Shown one piece after another: positions 49,473 through 59,635 of a DNA stretch of 64,000 bases (within the stretch, counting starts at the first letter, position 1; each line of letters begins with the position of its first letter). Made by a program: the position numbers and the translations under genes. Origin of the DNA: Candidatus Latescibacterota bacterium (lineage in GTDB: Bacteria; Latescibacterota; UBA2968; GCA-2709665); assembly GCA_963667175.2 (NCBI GenBank), contig CAXXXF010000015.1:32001-96000 (forward strand), in the 5' to 3' direction. Below the pieces are notes generated by a model. The model saw only the letters and a program-made list of their open reading frames with translations. It did not search any database and had not been told where the DNA came from.

Positions 49473-50234
49473 TTATCCGCCCCCGGAGCGGCGATGCCGC
49501 AGGATACGGTTGGCGGCGTCGATCATCGTGGCGGTCCAGATCCTGTCCCGGTTGGCGTCCAGATATCGAACGACTTCCCTCAAAGACGACGTTGAAATGG
49601 AGAGATGCTGGCCGCCGACGCCGTGCATGCAGATGACGGCCCAGAGACCGTCGCTGATGGCGTTATCGATGAACGCGACCATTTCTGCTCCGGTGTGTCC
49701 GTCTACGGGCAGGGACCACGTGCAGGCCAGGTCGATCCGTTCCGGATGATTGGCGCGTTCGCCCCAACCCCGGGCGGCCTTGAACCGGCGGGCGACGAGT
49801 GGGACATAGGATTGCCGGTTTTCGCCGGCGCCCACGTACGTCTGGTAACAGGGATAGCAGAACGTCCGGTCGCCCTGTTGTTCGGGAAACAGGCGGTTCA
49901 GGGCTTCGGTGGCTTCGTCGATGGTGCGCGCGATGTCATCCAGCCCCAGGTTTTCGAGACAATAGCCGTCGTTGCGAAATCCGAAGTTGCAGGAGCAGGG
50001 ATGCATCGAGGTGTGATTGCCGAGTTCGTGACCGCCATTACTGGCCTGCTGCCATCGGGGGATCTGCGATTCCCAGACTTCCGACCGGCCGGGGTTGACG
50101 TAGAACGTCCCCTTCAGGTTCACTTCGTCCAGACAGGGAATCGCATGGTCCAGTTGCGTTTCGAGACCGTCGTCGAATGTCAGGCTTACGGCGCCCCGGG
50201 CGCCTCCAGGCCAGAAGGTGCGTTCAGAAGACAT
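49473..50234 (-). CDS. Polysaccharide deacetylase (NodB-like) family protein
   Basis: SLTFDDG, GTFYV, HELGNHT..H, FCYP. Confidence 0.85.
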   Translation of the reverse strand: MSSERTFWPGGARGAVSLTFDDGLETQLDHAIPCLDEVNLKGTFYVNPGRSEVWESQIPRWQQASNGGHELGNHTSMHPCSCNFGFRNDGYCLENLGLDDIARTIDEATEALNRLFPEQQGDRTFCYPCYQTYVGAGENRQSYVPLVARRFKAARGWGERANHPERIDLACTWSLPVDGHTGAEMVAFIDNAISDGLWAVICMHGVGGQHLSISTSSLREVVRYLDANRDRIWTATMIDAANRILRHRRSGGG

Positions 50235-50244
50235 GGCTTTCCCC

Positions 50245-51222
50245 TTAATCCGTCGGCAGGACGCCGACGTCGTCCCCGCGCCGGTAGGCCAGAGCGTCGT
50301 CGATCATCTTTCGTATGTCGTACCGGGGATTGAACCCCAGCAGCTTACGGGCTTTGCACAGGTCGAATTCGTAGAACGTGGGGTCGCCCCGCGGGACGGC
50401 TTCGATATAGGGGACGTCCAGACGTTCCGAAAGATACGGGACGGCTTCATCCCAGGTGAAGGGCGCGGGCCCGGCGAGCCGGATGATCTCACCCGAAACG
50501 CCCTCCGCGCACATCGCCCGTTGGCAGCCCTGGACGACGTCACGCACGTCAGCGACGTGTTTTTTGTAGGGTCTGCCCTCCGGGTCCCTGAGCACCACCA
50601 GGCGCTCCGTCCCCCGCCACGAGCCCTTGAATTCGGGACGGCCTTTCAATCCGCTCAAGCGGAATTGGGGAAAGGCCAGAATCTCGCCCGCGCCGAAGAC
50701 CATGCAGAACCGAAGCACGACCACGGGCAGCCCGCACGTGAGCCAGTATCCGGTACAGAGTTCTTAGCCGATCGATTTGGACAGCGCGTACCATCCGCGG
50801 CAGCGCCGGGGTGTCCGGTCTTCCCGGATCGGTTCGGCCAATCCCCCCGGGACGTACTTTTCGTAAATGGCGTCGGCGCCCGCGAAAATGAACCGCGGCG
50901 GCGTGTCCTGCGCTCTGGCAGCTTCAAGCATGTTGAACGTGCCGCGCACGTTGATTTCGAAATAGTCCGTTTCGGAAAACGGACCGCCGCCCTGAAAGGC
51001 CGCGCCAAGATGGAAAATCGCCGTGACACCCTTCACGGCTTCCTGAACGTCTGCCGGACTCGTGAGGCTGCCGGAGACGAGCTCCACCCCGAGGCCGTTC
51101 AGCTTGTCGACGCGCGGATCCCGCGGCCAGACCAGGCCGCGTACGGAGTGCCCCCGCTCTACCAGCGCTCTGGCCAGGTTGGCGCCGATCCTGCCCGTGA
51201 TACCGGTGATGAGGATGGACAT
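50245..51222 (-). pseudogene. NAD-dependent epimerase/dehydratase interrupted by an in-frame stop
   Basis: ILITGITGRIG, YALSK; TAA at 50764..50766 where GAA is expected (SKSIG*EL); the same frame continues to 50245. Confidence 0.8.
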
Positions 51223-51294
51223 GGAGACCGGATGTGCTGAACAATTGGCGGCGTTACGACACACGCCGATTCGCGCCGATACCCGTTGTGCCTT

Positions 51295-51564
51295 TTGTGG
51301 CCGAAGACAAGGCGCGCCTGTCTGCGTGCCTGCCTGCGCCGAGACGTGCTCGGCAGGCAGGCGGACACGCACAGGCAGGCGACCGCGTCGAATCGGGGAT
51401 TCGGGGAGGAAGCGCCTGCCTGCGCCGCTACGCTTCCCGCGGCAGGCAGGCGCTTCGCTTGGCGCAGGCAGGCAACGCTGTAATTCGGCCGCAAGGGCCG
51501 GACACCTGTCTGCGTGCGAACGCACAGGCAGGCAGCCCGGATGGACTCTTTCAACGGGCTGTTA
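51295..51564. mobile_element. MITE-like element copy B carrying extra nested palindromes
   Basis: Shares GTGGCCGAAGACAAG...GGATTCGGGGAGG...CAAGGGCCGGAC...CCGGATGGACT...TCAACGGGCTGTTA with 27468..27637. Confidence 0.7.
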
Positions 51565-51748
51565 AGGCTAATTAGCGAATTCATGGCTGAAAATCAAGGG
51601 GAAATGCGAAAGGTTGATTGCGGCATATTTCGCTTGCGGAATCGGTTTTATTTTGGTATTAAACCGATTGCTGCGGCGAATACGACTGAAAGGAATTCCG
51701 GCGATTGACCTGACTGCAGGGATGGAACGCTACTGAGGAGGTTCGACG

Positions 51749-53011
51749 ATGGACAAGCTGGCCATTCTGGGTGGATCGAGGGCGGTGAAGACCGATGCGG
51801 GAGACATGTTCACCTGGCCGATCATTACCGAGGAAGACGAAGAGGCCGCGCTGGAGGTGCTGCGTCGCGGGGCCATGTCCGGAACGGACGTCACGGTGCA
51901 GTTTGAAAAGGAATACGCCGACTGGTTCGGCACGAAATACGCGCTAGCGCACAATACGGGTACGTCTTCCATTCATTCCGCGATGTTCGGTTGCGGCGTG
52001 GGTGTGGGAGATGAAATCATCTGCCAGAGCATGACGTTCTGGGCATCGGTGCTGCAGGCGATGAATCTCGGCGCGACCATCGTCTACGCGGATATCGACC
52101 CGGATACCATCACACTGGACCCGGCCGACGTGGAACGGAAGATCACGGACAGGACGAAGGCGATCGTGGCCGTCCACTATTTCGGCCATCCGACGGATAT
52201 GGATGCAATCATGGAGATCGCCAACGCCCGCGGAATCAAGGTGATTGAAGACGTCTCACACGCGCACGGCGCGGACTACAAGGGTCGATTGACGGGCGGG
52301 ATCGGCCACGTAGGCGCAATGTCCTGCATGGCCGGAAAGTCGTTGGCCATCGGCGAGGCGGGCATGCTGGTTACCGACGACAAGGAGATCTACGAACGCG
52401 CGGTTGCATTCGGCCATTACGAACGGACGGGGCAGATCGAGAATCCCGAGTTGAAGAAGTTCGCCGGCCTGCCTCTGGGAGGGTTCAAATACAGGATGCA
52501 CCAGTTGTCGTCGGCCGTAGGGCGCGTCCAGCTCAGGCATTACAGGGAACGGATGGAGGAAATCGACAGGTCGATGAACCTTTTCTGGGACCTGCTCGAA
52601 GGCGCGCCCGGGCTGCGCCCCCACAGGCCGCCCAAAGATTCAGGCAGCACGATGGGCGGCTGGTACGCCGCGCATGGGATCTACGTGCCCGAGGAACTCG
52701 GAGGGCTGACCCTGAGTTCGTTCTGCGAGGCGGTGCGGGCCGAGGGGACTTCCTGCGGGGCGGGGGCCAATCTGCTGATGCACCTGCATCCCGTACTGAA
52801 CGAGGCCGACGTCTACGGCCACGGCGAACCCACGCGGGTCGCGCATTCCGACGCCGACGTACGCCAGGGCGAGGGGAGCCTGCCGCAGACGGAGCGGATG
52901 TCGAAGCGCCTGTTTTCCATCCCGTGGTTCAAACACTATCGCCCGGAAGTCATCAGGGAACATGCGGAGGCATTCCGAAAGGTGGTGACGCAGGCCGGGG
53001 AACTTCAGTAG
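51749..53011 (+). CDS. DegT/DnrJ/EryC1/StrS aminotransferase
   Basis: KLAILGG, TGTSS, VHYFG, IEDVSHAHG, SCMAGKSL (catalytic Lys present). Confidence 0.88.
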   Translation: MDKLAILGGSRAVKTDAGDMFTWPIITEEDEEAALEVLRRGAMSGTDVTVQFEKEYADWFGTKYALAHNTGTSSIHSAMFGCGVGVGDEIICQSMTFWASVLQAMNLGATIVYADIDPDTITLDPADVERKITDRTKAIVAVHYFGHPTDMDAIMEIANARGIKVIEDVSHAHGADYKGRLTGGIGHVGAMSCMAGKSLAIGEAGMLVTDDKEIYERAVAFGHYERTGQIENPELKKFAGLPLGGFKYRMHQLSSAVGRVQLRHYRERMEEIDRSMNLFWDLLEGAPGLRPHRPPKDSGSTMGGWYAAHGIYVPEELGGLTLSSFCEAVRAEGTSCGAGANLLMHLHPVLNEADVYGHGEPTRVAHSDADVRQGEGSLPQTERMSKRLFSIPWFKHYRPEVIREHAEAFRKVVTQAGELQ

Positions 53012-53280
53012 CGGCGGGTTGCGCGCAGGGATGTACGCGCCCGACACGGTACGGGATCTGCAATGGGCGGCCGACAAGACGTCGGCCGCCCTGTTGGTTT
53101 GCGGAAGCGTCCGCCGCGCGCCGGGGCCAACCGAGAATAAGACCAGCCCGAAACACCGCGGGGGATTGAATTCGACCACCACTCTTGTTATATTGCTAAT
53201 TCGGCGGCCGCGAGGATTTCGCGGTCAAAGCCCGGTAACTTTCACTGGTTCGATCGGATTCACAACAGGGAGACTCATCC

Positions 53281-56196
53281 ATGCATCCGTCGCGATTCGC
53301 GCCGTCCGCAGTTTTTCTCGTCGCCGTTCTCTGCAGTCTGGTATCCAGCCTCGATGCCGCGTACACTCGTATCCACGAACCCGGTTCCGACGATCCGATG
53401 GCGGTACATATCTTTCGTCTGGACAACGGACTAAGCGTCTATCTCACCGAAAACCATCAGACGCCTCGCTTTTACGCGGAAATCATCGTACGGGCGGGCA
53501 GCAAACACGATCCGGCCGAATCCACCGGTCTGGCGCACTACCTGGAGCATATGTTGTTCAAGGGCACCCAACACATCGGCTCGCTGGACTACGAAAAGGA
53601 AAAAGCGCATCTCGACCGTATCACCAGTCTCTATGAGGAGCACTTCAGGGAAACAGACCCGGAAAAGCGGAAAGCCATCTACGCCGAGATCAACAAGGAG
53701 TCCCAGCTTGCGGCCGCGTATGCCATACCAAACGAGATAGACAAGCTCTACAAGGCCATGGGCGGCACCGGGCTGAACGCGCACACCTGGCACGAAGAGA
53801 CGGTCTACAGGATCAATCTGCCAGCCAACCGGTTGCGCCACTGGGCCGTGATCGAATCCGAACGCTTCCGAAACGCCGTCTTCCGGCTGTTTCAGTCCGA
53901 ACTCGAGACCGTCTACGAAGAAAAAAACCGGTCGATGGACAACAAGGACCGGATCATCAGTTACGCGGTTGCCGATCTGCTTTACAAGAAACATCCCTAC
54001 GGCCAGCAGACCACGATCGGAAAAGTGGAACACCTGAAGAATCCGTCGCTGAAAAACATGTACTGGTTTTACAATACCTATTACGTGCCTAACAATATGG
54101 CGATCGCGATCTCGGGGGACATCCGGATCGACGATACGATCAAGCTCATCGACCGGCATTTCTCCGGATGGCGCAAGGGTACCCTTCCTCAACTGCCCGA
54201 TTGGAAGGAAGCGCCGCTCAACGGCGTCGAACGGGCGAGCGTCAAGTACCAGGGAGAAGAGTTCGCGCTTCTGGCATTCCGGACCGCATCGCGAAACCAC
54301 CAGGACGCGGATGCGCTCAAACTCCTGGATATGATCCTGGACAACGCCACGGCCGGACTGATCAACCTCAACCTGAACCAGAAACAACGGGTACGCAGGG
54401 CCGGATCGTACCCCACCCTGTACAACGACCACGGCGCCCAGTATCTGTGGGGCATTCCCAAGAAAGACCAAACACTGGAGGAACTTGAACAACTGCTCCT
54501 GGATCAGCTTGAAATCGTCAAGAGCGGGGGTTTCGAAGACTGGATTCTGCCCGCCATCGTCACCGACTTCAAGAAGCACGAAAAGAGGGAAATGGAATCG
54601 GACAATGCCCGGGTGCGCCGGATGCGGAATTCATTTCTTTCCCACCAGGACTGGAACCATACCGCGGGTGAGATCGCCCGTCTTGAAAAGGTCACCAAAG
54701 AAGACGTCGTCCGCGTCGCTCGGAAATACTTCGCGGACAACTACGTTGCCGGCTACCGGGTGGATGAACAGCACGAAATCCCCAGGATTCAGAAACCGCA
54801 GATCGACAGGATCGATATCGACGCCACACGGCAGTCCGTTTTTGCCGGCAACGTACTGTCGATGCCCGCGGAAGAAATCGAGCCGACGTTTGTCGATCCG
54901 GACAAGGACTACCGGATCGCGGAATACCACGACGGCGTCCGGCTCTACTATTCCCGCAACCCGATCAACGATCTCTTTACGCTCAGCTTTACGGTGGACC
55001 TTGGGAACAACCAGAACAACAGGATGGGTGTTGCCGCCCGCTTGATCGACAAGTCGGGTACCGGACGCCACACCTCCGAAGCCCTCAAGAAGGAGTGGTA
55101 CAAACTCGGCACTGAATTCTCCCTGTCGGCGGGGAACAACGAAACCACCGTGACCATAGCGGGCCTCGACGAGAACTTCGATGCCTCGCTGGAGCTGATG
55201 GCTGAGCTTGTGAACAACCCGTCGGCCGACAAGGCGACACTCGAACAGCTTGTCGGCATCATCCTCGGGGAGCGAGAAGACACGAAAAAAAATCACCGAA
55301 CCATTCAGGGCGGCGTTGTCCTGAACAACAGATACGGCAAAGAGTCTCGCTACCTGCGCATGCTGCCCAACGAAGCGTTGCGGGAACTTTCGGTGGAGGA
55401 ACTGCATGGATTGGCGCGACGCCTGTTCGAGTACAAGCACACGATCGCGTATACCGGTTCTCTTCCCCTTGAACAGGTGATGGCGGCGCTGAAGAAAACC
55501 CATCGGGTCTCAGGTGAACTGGATGACCCGCCGCCGTACCGGTTCTATAAGGCGAGGACGCCCGACAAGACCGAAATCCGCTTTTTTGACAAATCCCTCG
55601 CCCAGGCGCTCGTCTACATCGAATTCGGCGACGTGGATTACAGCGAGGCGTCCGTTCCCGAGACGGAACTCTACAACAGCTATTTCGGCGGCGGGATGAG
55701 CGGCATCGTCTTCCAGGAACTGCGGGAAGCCCGCGCGCTGGCCTACTCGGCCTGGGCGCGGTACTTCAACGGCAACCGGAAGGGAGACCAGAACCTCCTG
55801 GCGGGATCCATCGCCTGCCAGCCCGACAAGACGATCGAAGCCGTCGAAGCGTTTATCGACCTGATCGACAACATGCCGGTCACACCCGAGCGATTTGAAG
55901 AAGCCCGCGCCTCCATTCTGAACAGATACCGCACCAGCAAAATCGGCTTTCGACGGGTCCTGGGATCCGTTCGTTCCTGGGAACGTCTGGGCGTTCCCGT
56001 GGATCCCCGAAAGTCGCGATTCGAGAGAATCCAGGCCGCGGAAATGGACGACATGCTGGGGTTTTACGGGAAGAACCTGAAGAACCGCGTCAAGCTGATT
56101 TCCATCGTCGGGGACAAAAACAAAATCGACCTCGCGGCGCTCGAGAAATTCGGAACGGTCAGCGAGGTCGGGCTCGAGGACATCTTTGTGTTTTAA
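53281..56196 (+). CDS. M16 family zinc peptidase (insulinase/PqqL-like), secreted
   Basis: Signal peptide, LDNGL, GLAHYLEHMLFKG (HxxEH), NAHT, YVPNN, QELREARALAYS. Confidence 0.92.
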   Translation: MHPSRFAPSAVFLVAVLCSLVSSLDAAYTRIHEPGSDDPMAVHIFRLDNGLSVYLTENHQTPRFYAEIIVRAGSKHDPAESTGLAHYLEHMLFKGTQHIGSLDYEKEKAHLDRITSLYEEHFRETDPEKRKAIYAEINKESQLAAAYAIPNEIDKLYKAMGGTGLNAHTWHEETVYRINLPANRLRHWAVIESERFRNAVFRLFQSELETVYEEKNRSMDNKDRIISYAVADLLYKKHPYGQQTTIGKVEHLKNPSLKNMYWFYNTYYVPNNMAIAISGDIRIDDTIKLIDRHFSGWRKGTLPQLPDWKEAPLNGVERASVKYQGEEFALLAFRTASRNHQDADALKLLDMILDNATAGLINLNLNQKQRVRRAGSYPTLYNDHGAQYLWGIPKKDQTLEELEQLLLDQLEIVKSGGFEDWILPAIVTDFKKHEKREMESDNARVRRMRNSFLSHQDWNHTAGEIARLEKVTKEDVVRVARKYFADNYVAGYRVDEQHEIPRIQKPQIDRIDIDATRQSVFAGNVLSMPAEEIEPTFVDPDKDYRIAEYHDGVRLYYSRNPINDLFTLSFTVDLGNNQNNRMGVAARLIDKSGTGRHTSEALKKEWYKLGTEFSLSAGNNETTVTIAGLDENFDASLELMAELVNNPSADKATLEQLVGIILGEREDTKKNHRTIQGGVVLNNRYGKESRYLRMLPNEALRELSVEELHGLARRLFEYKHTIAYTGSLPLEQVMAALKKTHRVSGELDDPPPYRFYKARTPDKTEIRFFDKSLAQALVYIEFGDVDYSEASVPETELYNSYFGGGMSGIVFQELREARALAYSAWARYFNGNRKGDQNLLAGSIACQPDKTIEAVEAFIDLIDNMPVTPERFEEARASILNRYRTSKIGFRRVLGSVRSWERLGVPVDPRKSRFERIQAAEMDDMLGFYGKNLKNRVKLISIVGDKNKIDLAALEKFGTVSEVGLEDIFVF

Positions 56197-56466
56197 CCGG
56201 CGCGGCAGATCGTCATTCGCAAGACGTGCCGGTCACACGTGCCTCAACCCTGTCTGTCATACCGACGAAGTCGTTGTGAAGGTGGGGCAGACGTGCCTGT
56301 CTGCCGACGCGCGCCTGATCTGTCATCCTGTGGAAGCCTGCAGACTGACGAAGCGCGTCCTGCCGCGCCGGACAGTGCCTGCACCCTCTCGCAAGCTGTA
56401 TATTCGTCCTTGACAAGCGTTGAAAACGGGATATTATTTCAGCAAACTACACCGGCGGAGTATGCC

Positions 56467-56682
56467 ATGATAGGGAAAATCTTCAGCGCCGATAACGTCC
56501 GCATGGCCATCTTCCTGTTCACCCTGATCGGCGCCATGTGGACGCTTACAAACAGACTCGAAGACAAAATGGACGCACGCTTTGACAAGATCGAATCCCG
56601 TCTGGATCGGATCGACACCCGTCTGGATTCCTTCGGCGAACGTATTGCCAAAAACGAAGCACGTTTAGACGCCTCTGAGTAA
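56467..56682 (+). CDS. Small TM + coiled-coil hypothetical protein
   Basis: GGAG RBS, TTGACA upstream; hydrophobic helix then heptads MDARFDKIESRLDRIDTRLD. Confidence 0.6.
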   Translation: MIGKIFSADNVRMAIFLFTLIGAMWTLTNRLEDKMDARFDKIESRLDRIDTRLDSFGERIAKNEARLDASE

Positions 56683-56789
56683 GCCCCTCCAACGCGTACC
56701 GCTCCCTCTGTCGAATCACCACCTGCCACGCCGTACGATGTGTGAGCGGCGAACCATGAGCCCGCTCTGACCGGCAGAACATCGCCATC

Positions 56790-56881
56790 ACTCCCCCCTT
56801 GAGGGGGAGTCGCCTGCCTGCGCCAAGCGGAGCGCCTGCCTGCCGCGGGAAGCGCAGCGGCGCAGGCAGGCGGCAGGCAGG
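56790..56881. repeat. CTCCCCC-TTGA-GGGGGAG hairpin followed by a composite CCTGCC...GGCAGG element
   Basis: 56813..56870 is a reverse-complement copy (2 mismatches) of 51415..51472. Confidence 0.8.
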
Positions 56882-56905
56882 CGGAAGCCGAGCCGGCGCC
56901 TCCCG

Positions 56906-58132
56906 TTACGAATCCCATCCCGCTATGAAATCCGACGTCGTGTAACCCTCCGGCATCTCGTTGAAGTGATATTTCATCGGGCCTGACTGAAATCCCGGTT
57001 CGAAGTGCTCCGCATCCGATCGAAGCCGCTTGTCGAGCGGTTCGAACCGTTTCCACAACGTCTCCGCCTCTGAATCGTCGAACCGCTCCGCGAACGCCGG
57101 ACCCCAGTTGAGCGTAATCGGATGGGCCCCGCCGCGGAGCCGGCGGGACAGGTCTTCCGGAACGTCGGGATACGGGGCGTTCTTCGCCAGCCGGATCGCC
57201 AATGCGGCCTTGCACAGGAAGACGGTGGAGAGCATCTTTCCCTTTTCGCCACGGCCCGGATGAAGCCGGTTCAACCCCTCGGTGTAACTCTCCCCGTCGC
57301 ATTCGATAACCGCCTTGAGCGCTTCCTCCGTGTGGCTTTTCATCTCCAGGCTCCGCTGATTCCAGCGCTCGAACGCGGCTGCCGTTCCCTTCGAAAGGTG
57401 TTCCGCGAAAGAGAGATCGTCAATCGACGTGTGGATGGAAAACCCGCCGTGTATGGTCCGTCTCAACCTGGGGCTGTAATTGCTGCCCCAGTGGAGAAGC
57501 GGGAGGATGTACACAACGCCGTCTCCCGATTCGAGGCGGGTCCGGACGCCGTTCGGCAACGGCTGGCACGGGTCGGCCAGCATCAGTTCGTTTTCCTGCC
57601 TCGTGTTGAAACGGACGTGGCTGCCGGGTATCACCACCAGGACGTTGTCGTCGTAAAGCGGTACGTTCCATTGGACGTAGCGGGGTCCCCCTTCGAGGAC
57701 GTCGTCGATATATCCCTGGAGGGGGGCGGTGTCGATCGGGTGGTGGTCGCGATGCCACTTCGCGGGGCCGTGGTCCCGAACCGGATTGCACATCATCATC
57801 ATTTCGGTTACCGCCGCGTCTGCAACGCCCAGTAGCCGGGAGCTGATGCCCTGGAGGTTCGGCGTCAGCCACGCCTCGACCGCGGGCGCGGTCTCTTCAT
57901 CGATCCCCCGGATCAGCGGCGGCCGGTTAAGCATCAGGCGGGGTTGCGGGCTGGTCTCCCACTCGCCTCCCGGCGGGTCGCCTTCCTTTCGCATGGCCCT
58001 CCAGTTTTCGCGCTGGCGGTTCACCAGCGTTTCGTAGGCCCGGCGAACTACCTGCAGCTTCTCCCGCGGAATGGCTTCCTTGACCACAAGGTAGCCCTCT
58101 TCCAGGAATCGATCGCGGTCGACCGGTTGCAT
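56906..58132 (-). CDS. PhyH family dioxygenase with C-terminal extension
   Basis: FLEEGYLVV, KWHRDH, QWNVPL, IPGSH, LLHWG. Confidence 0.8.
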   Translation of the reverse strand: MQPVDRDRFLEEGYLVVKEAIPREKLQVVRRAYETLVNRQRENWRAMRKEGDPPGGEWETSPQPRLMLNRPPLIRGIDEETAPAVEAWLTPNLQGISSRLLGVADAAVTEMMMMCNPVRDHGPAKWHRDHHPIDTAPLQGYIDDVLEGGPRYVQWNVPLYDDNVLVVIPGSHVRFNTRQENELMLADPCQPLPNGVRTRLESGDGVVYILPLLHWGSNYSPRLRRTIHGGFSIHTSIDDLSFAEHLSKGTAAAFERWNQRSLEMKSHTEEALKAVIECDGESYTEGLNRLHPGRGEKGKMLSTVFLCKAALAIRLAKNAPYPDVPEDLSRRLRGGAHPITLNWGPAFAERFDDSEAETLWKRFEPLDKRLRSDAEHFEPGFQSGPMKYHFNEMPEGYTTSDFIAGWDS

Positions 58133-58202
58133 GACGTTCCCTCCAGGTGTGGCTCAGTGTTGTGTCACAGAAACAGGTTGCATGAATTCAGCAGGAGAAA
58201 TG

Positions 58203-58520
58203 CAGCGATCAGCACTCAGCCATCAGCAGTCAGCTTGAACCGAAATCTAAGATCAAGTTCAAAATCCCCTTTTCCCAAAATTCCCTGCCATCGAAAAACA
58301 GCTATCAGCGGTCGGCGTTCAGCCGTCAGCGAAAATCAAAAACAAAAATCAGCTCACACAAAGACACGAAGACACAAAGAGAGACAGAGCGTTCAGCCGA
58401 GAGCGAACCACCCTCAGCCCCGCAAACCTCTCCCCCCGGCCTGCCTGCGCCGAGTTCTGCTCGGCAGGCAGGCGCCGTTCTTTTTGGTCCTTTTTCTTGG
58501 GCGTACAAGAAAAAGGACGA
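58203..58520. repeat. Cluster of short repeats: 7-mer TCAGC arrays, ACACAAAG/ACACGAAG repeats, CCTGCC palindrome (58440..58472), GTCCTTTTTCTTG...CAAGAAAAAGGAC hairpin
   Basis: Directly visible in this intergenic region. Confidence 0.65.
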
Positions 58521-58734
58521 AGAGAAAATGAGAGTTGGTGGAAGAGATAAAGCCTTTGTCCCCCAGGAGGTTAGTTCCAAAGGGAGTTGTGACCGACAAC
58601 AGGCGACCTGAGCAAGGTCGGCCGGCGATGGCACATAGACAAGCCACTGCGGCAAGCTCAGTGCAAGCAGCGCGAGCAACGCCGTGAGAAGGGATGAATC
58701 GTCGGCCGAATGGCGAGGTACGTTTGGACCCGGA

Positions 58735-59619
58735 CTACGCCCCGATAAACGTCTCGGACCATTTCGGTTCGTAGTTGCTCTCGAAGAGCCAGTCGAAGTC
58801 TTCGGGAACGATGTGCGCCCGATCGGGGCGCAGTTTTTCCCTCAGACGGGGAAAGAAATCCATCAGGGAGTCCCGTTGGCCTTTCGGGAGTCCGCAGGAA
58901 ACGCCCGTGGCGGCCCATGCCGAAAGCATCGCCTTTCGGGGCACGGTATCCTCGTTCTGCCACGCCGAATGCAGTCCGGAACTGCATAGAATCAGCATCT
59001 GTCCTCGACGGGCAACCATAGGCGCCGGCTTCTGATCCAGCCAGGGCACGTCGGTCAGGTCGGGCACATGCTCAGGATAGGACCCCGTGCCTTCGGCCGG
59101 ACTCGGACGCACCCCGTGAACGCGAGGCAGCATCGCCTTGTGCTCCTGCGTGAGGACGCGGCTCCAGTATTCCATGATGGGGCGGTGGCTTCCGGGCAGT
59201 ACGCGCATCGCCCCCCGATGCTCCGGCACGTCGTTCAGCCAGAACCACAGCTCCGCGCGCATCCTGCGGGGCGTCGCCTGGAAGTCGTCCCACGTGGCCT
59301 GGACGTCGGTGTGGCATCCGCTTGCCCACTGGTCGCGGACGCTCCCGAAAGGCGCCTTGGCCGGGTGACGGCCGTGGGGCGACACGCCCCACCAGAGATG
59401 CGCGGCATCCGCCCGCAACAGTTTCCTTGCCACTTCCTCGAAGTAGGGATGCTGGAAGACGTCCAGATAGTCGGGGTCCTCGTAGGGCGGCCGGCCGCTC
59501 GCTGTCAGCCGGTCCCACGCGGCTTCCGCCCGGTCGAGCTCCGCGGTCGTGAACGGGCTGTCGATCGTGACGGCGCCAAGCTCCTCGTATTGTCTCATTT
59601 CCGCGTCGGTCAGTGCCAT
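58735..59619 (-). CDS. PhyH family dioxygenase
   Basis: YEELGAV, CHTDV (HxD), WFWLNDV, GAMRVLPGSH, GLHSA. Confidence 0.8.
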   Translation of the reverse strand: MALTDAEMRQYEELGAVTIDSPFTTAELDRAEAAWDRLTASGRPPYEDPDYLDVFQHPYFEEVARKLLRADAAHLWWGVSPHGRHPAKAPFGSVRDQWASGCHTDVQATWDDFQATPRRMRAELWFWLNDVPEHRGAMRVLPGSHRPIMEYWSRVLTQEHKAMLPRVHGVRPSPAEGTGSYPEHVPDLTDVPWLDQKPAPMVARRGQMLILCSSGLHSAWQNEDTVPRKAMLSAWAATGVSCGLPKGQRDSLMDFFPRLREKLRPDRAHIVPEDFDWLFESNYEPKWSETFIGA

Positions 59620-59635
59620 TCCAGTCTCCTTTGTG

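Noticed and set aside
50764-50766. Stop-codon readthrough (Sec/Pyl) in the epimerase
   Set aside because: The codon is TAA, not TGA or TAG, and the expected residue is Glu.
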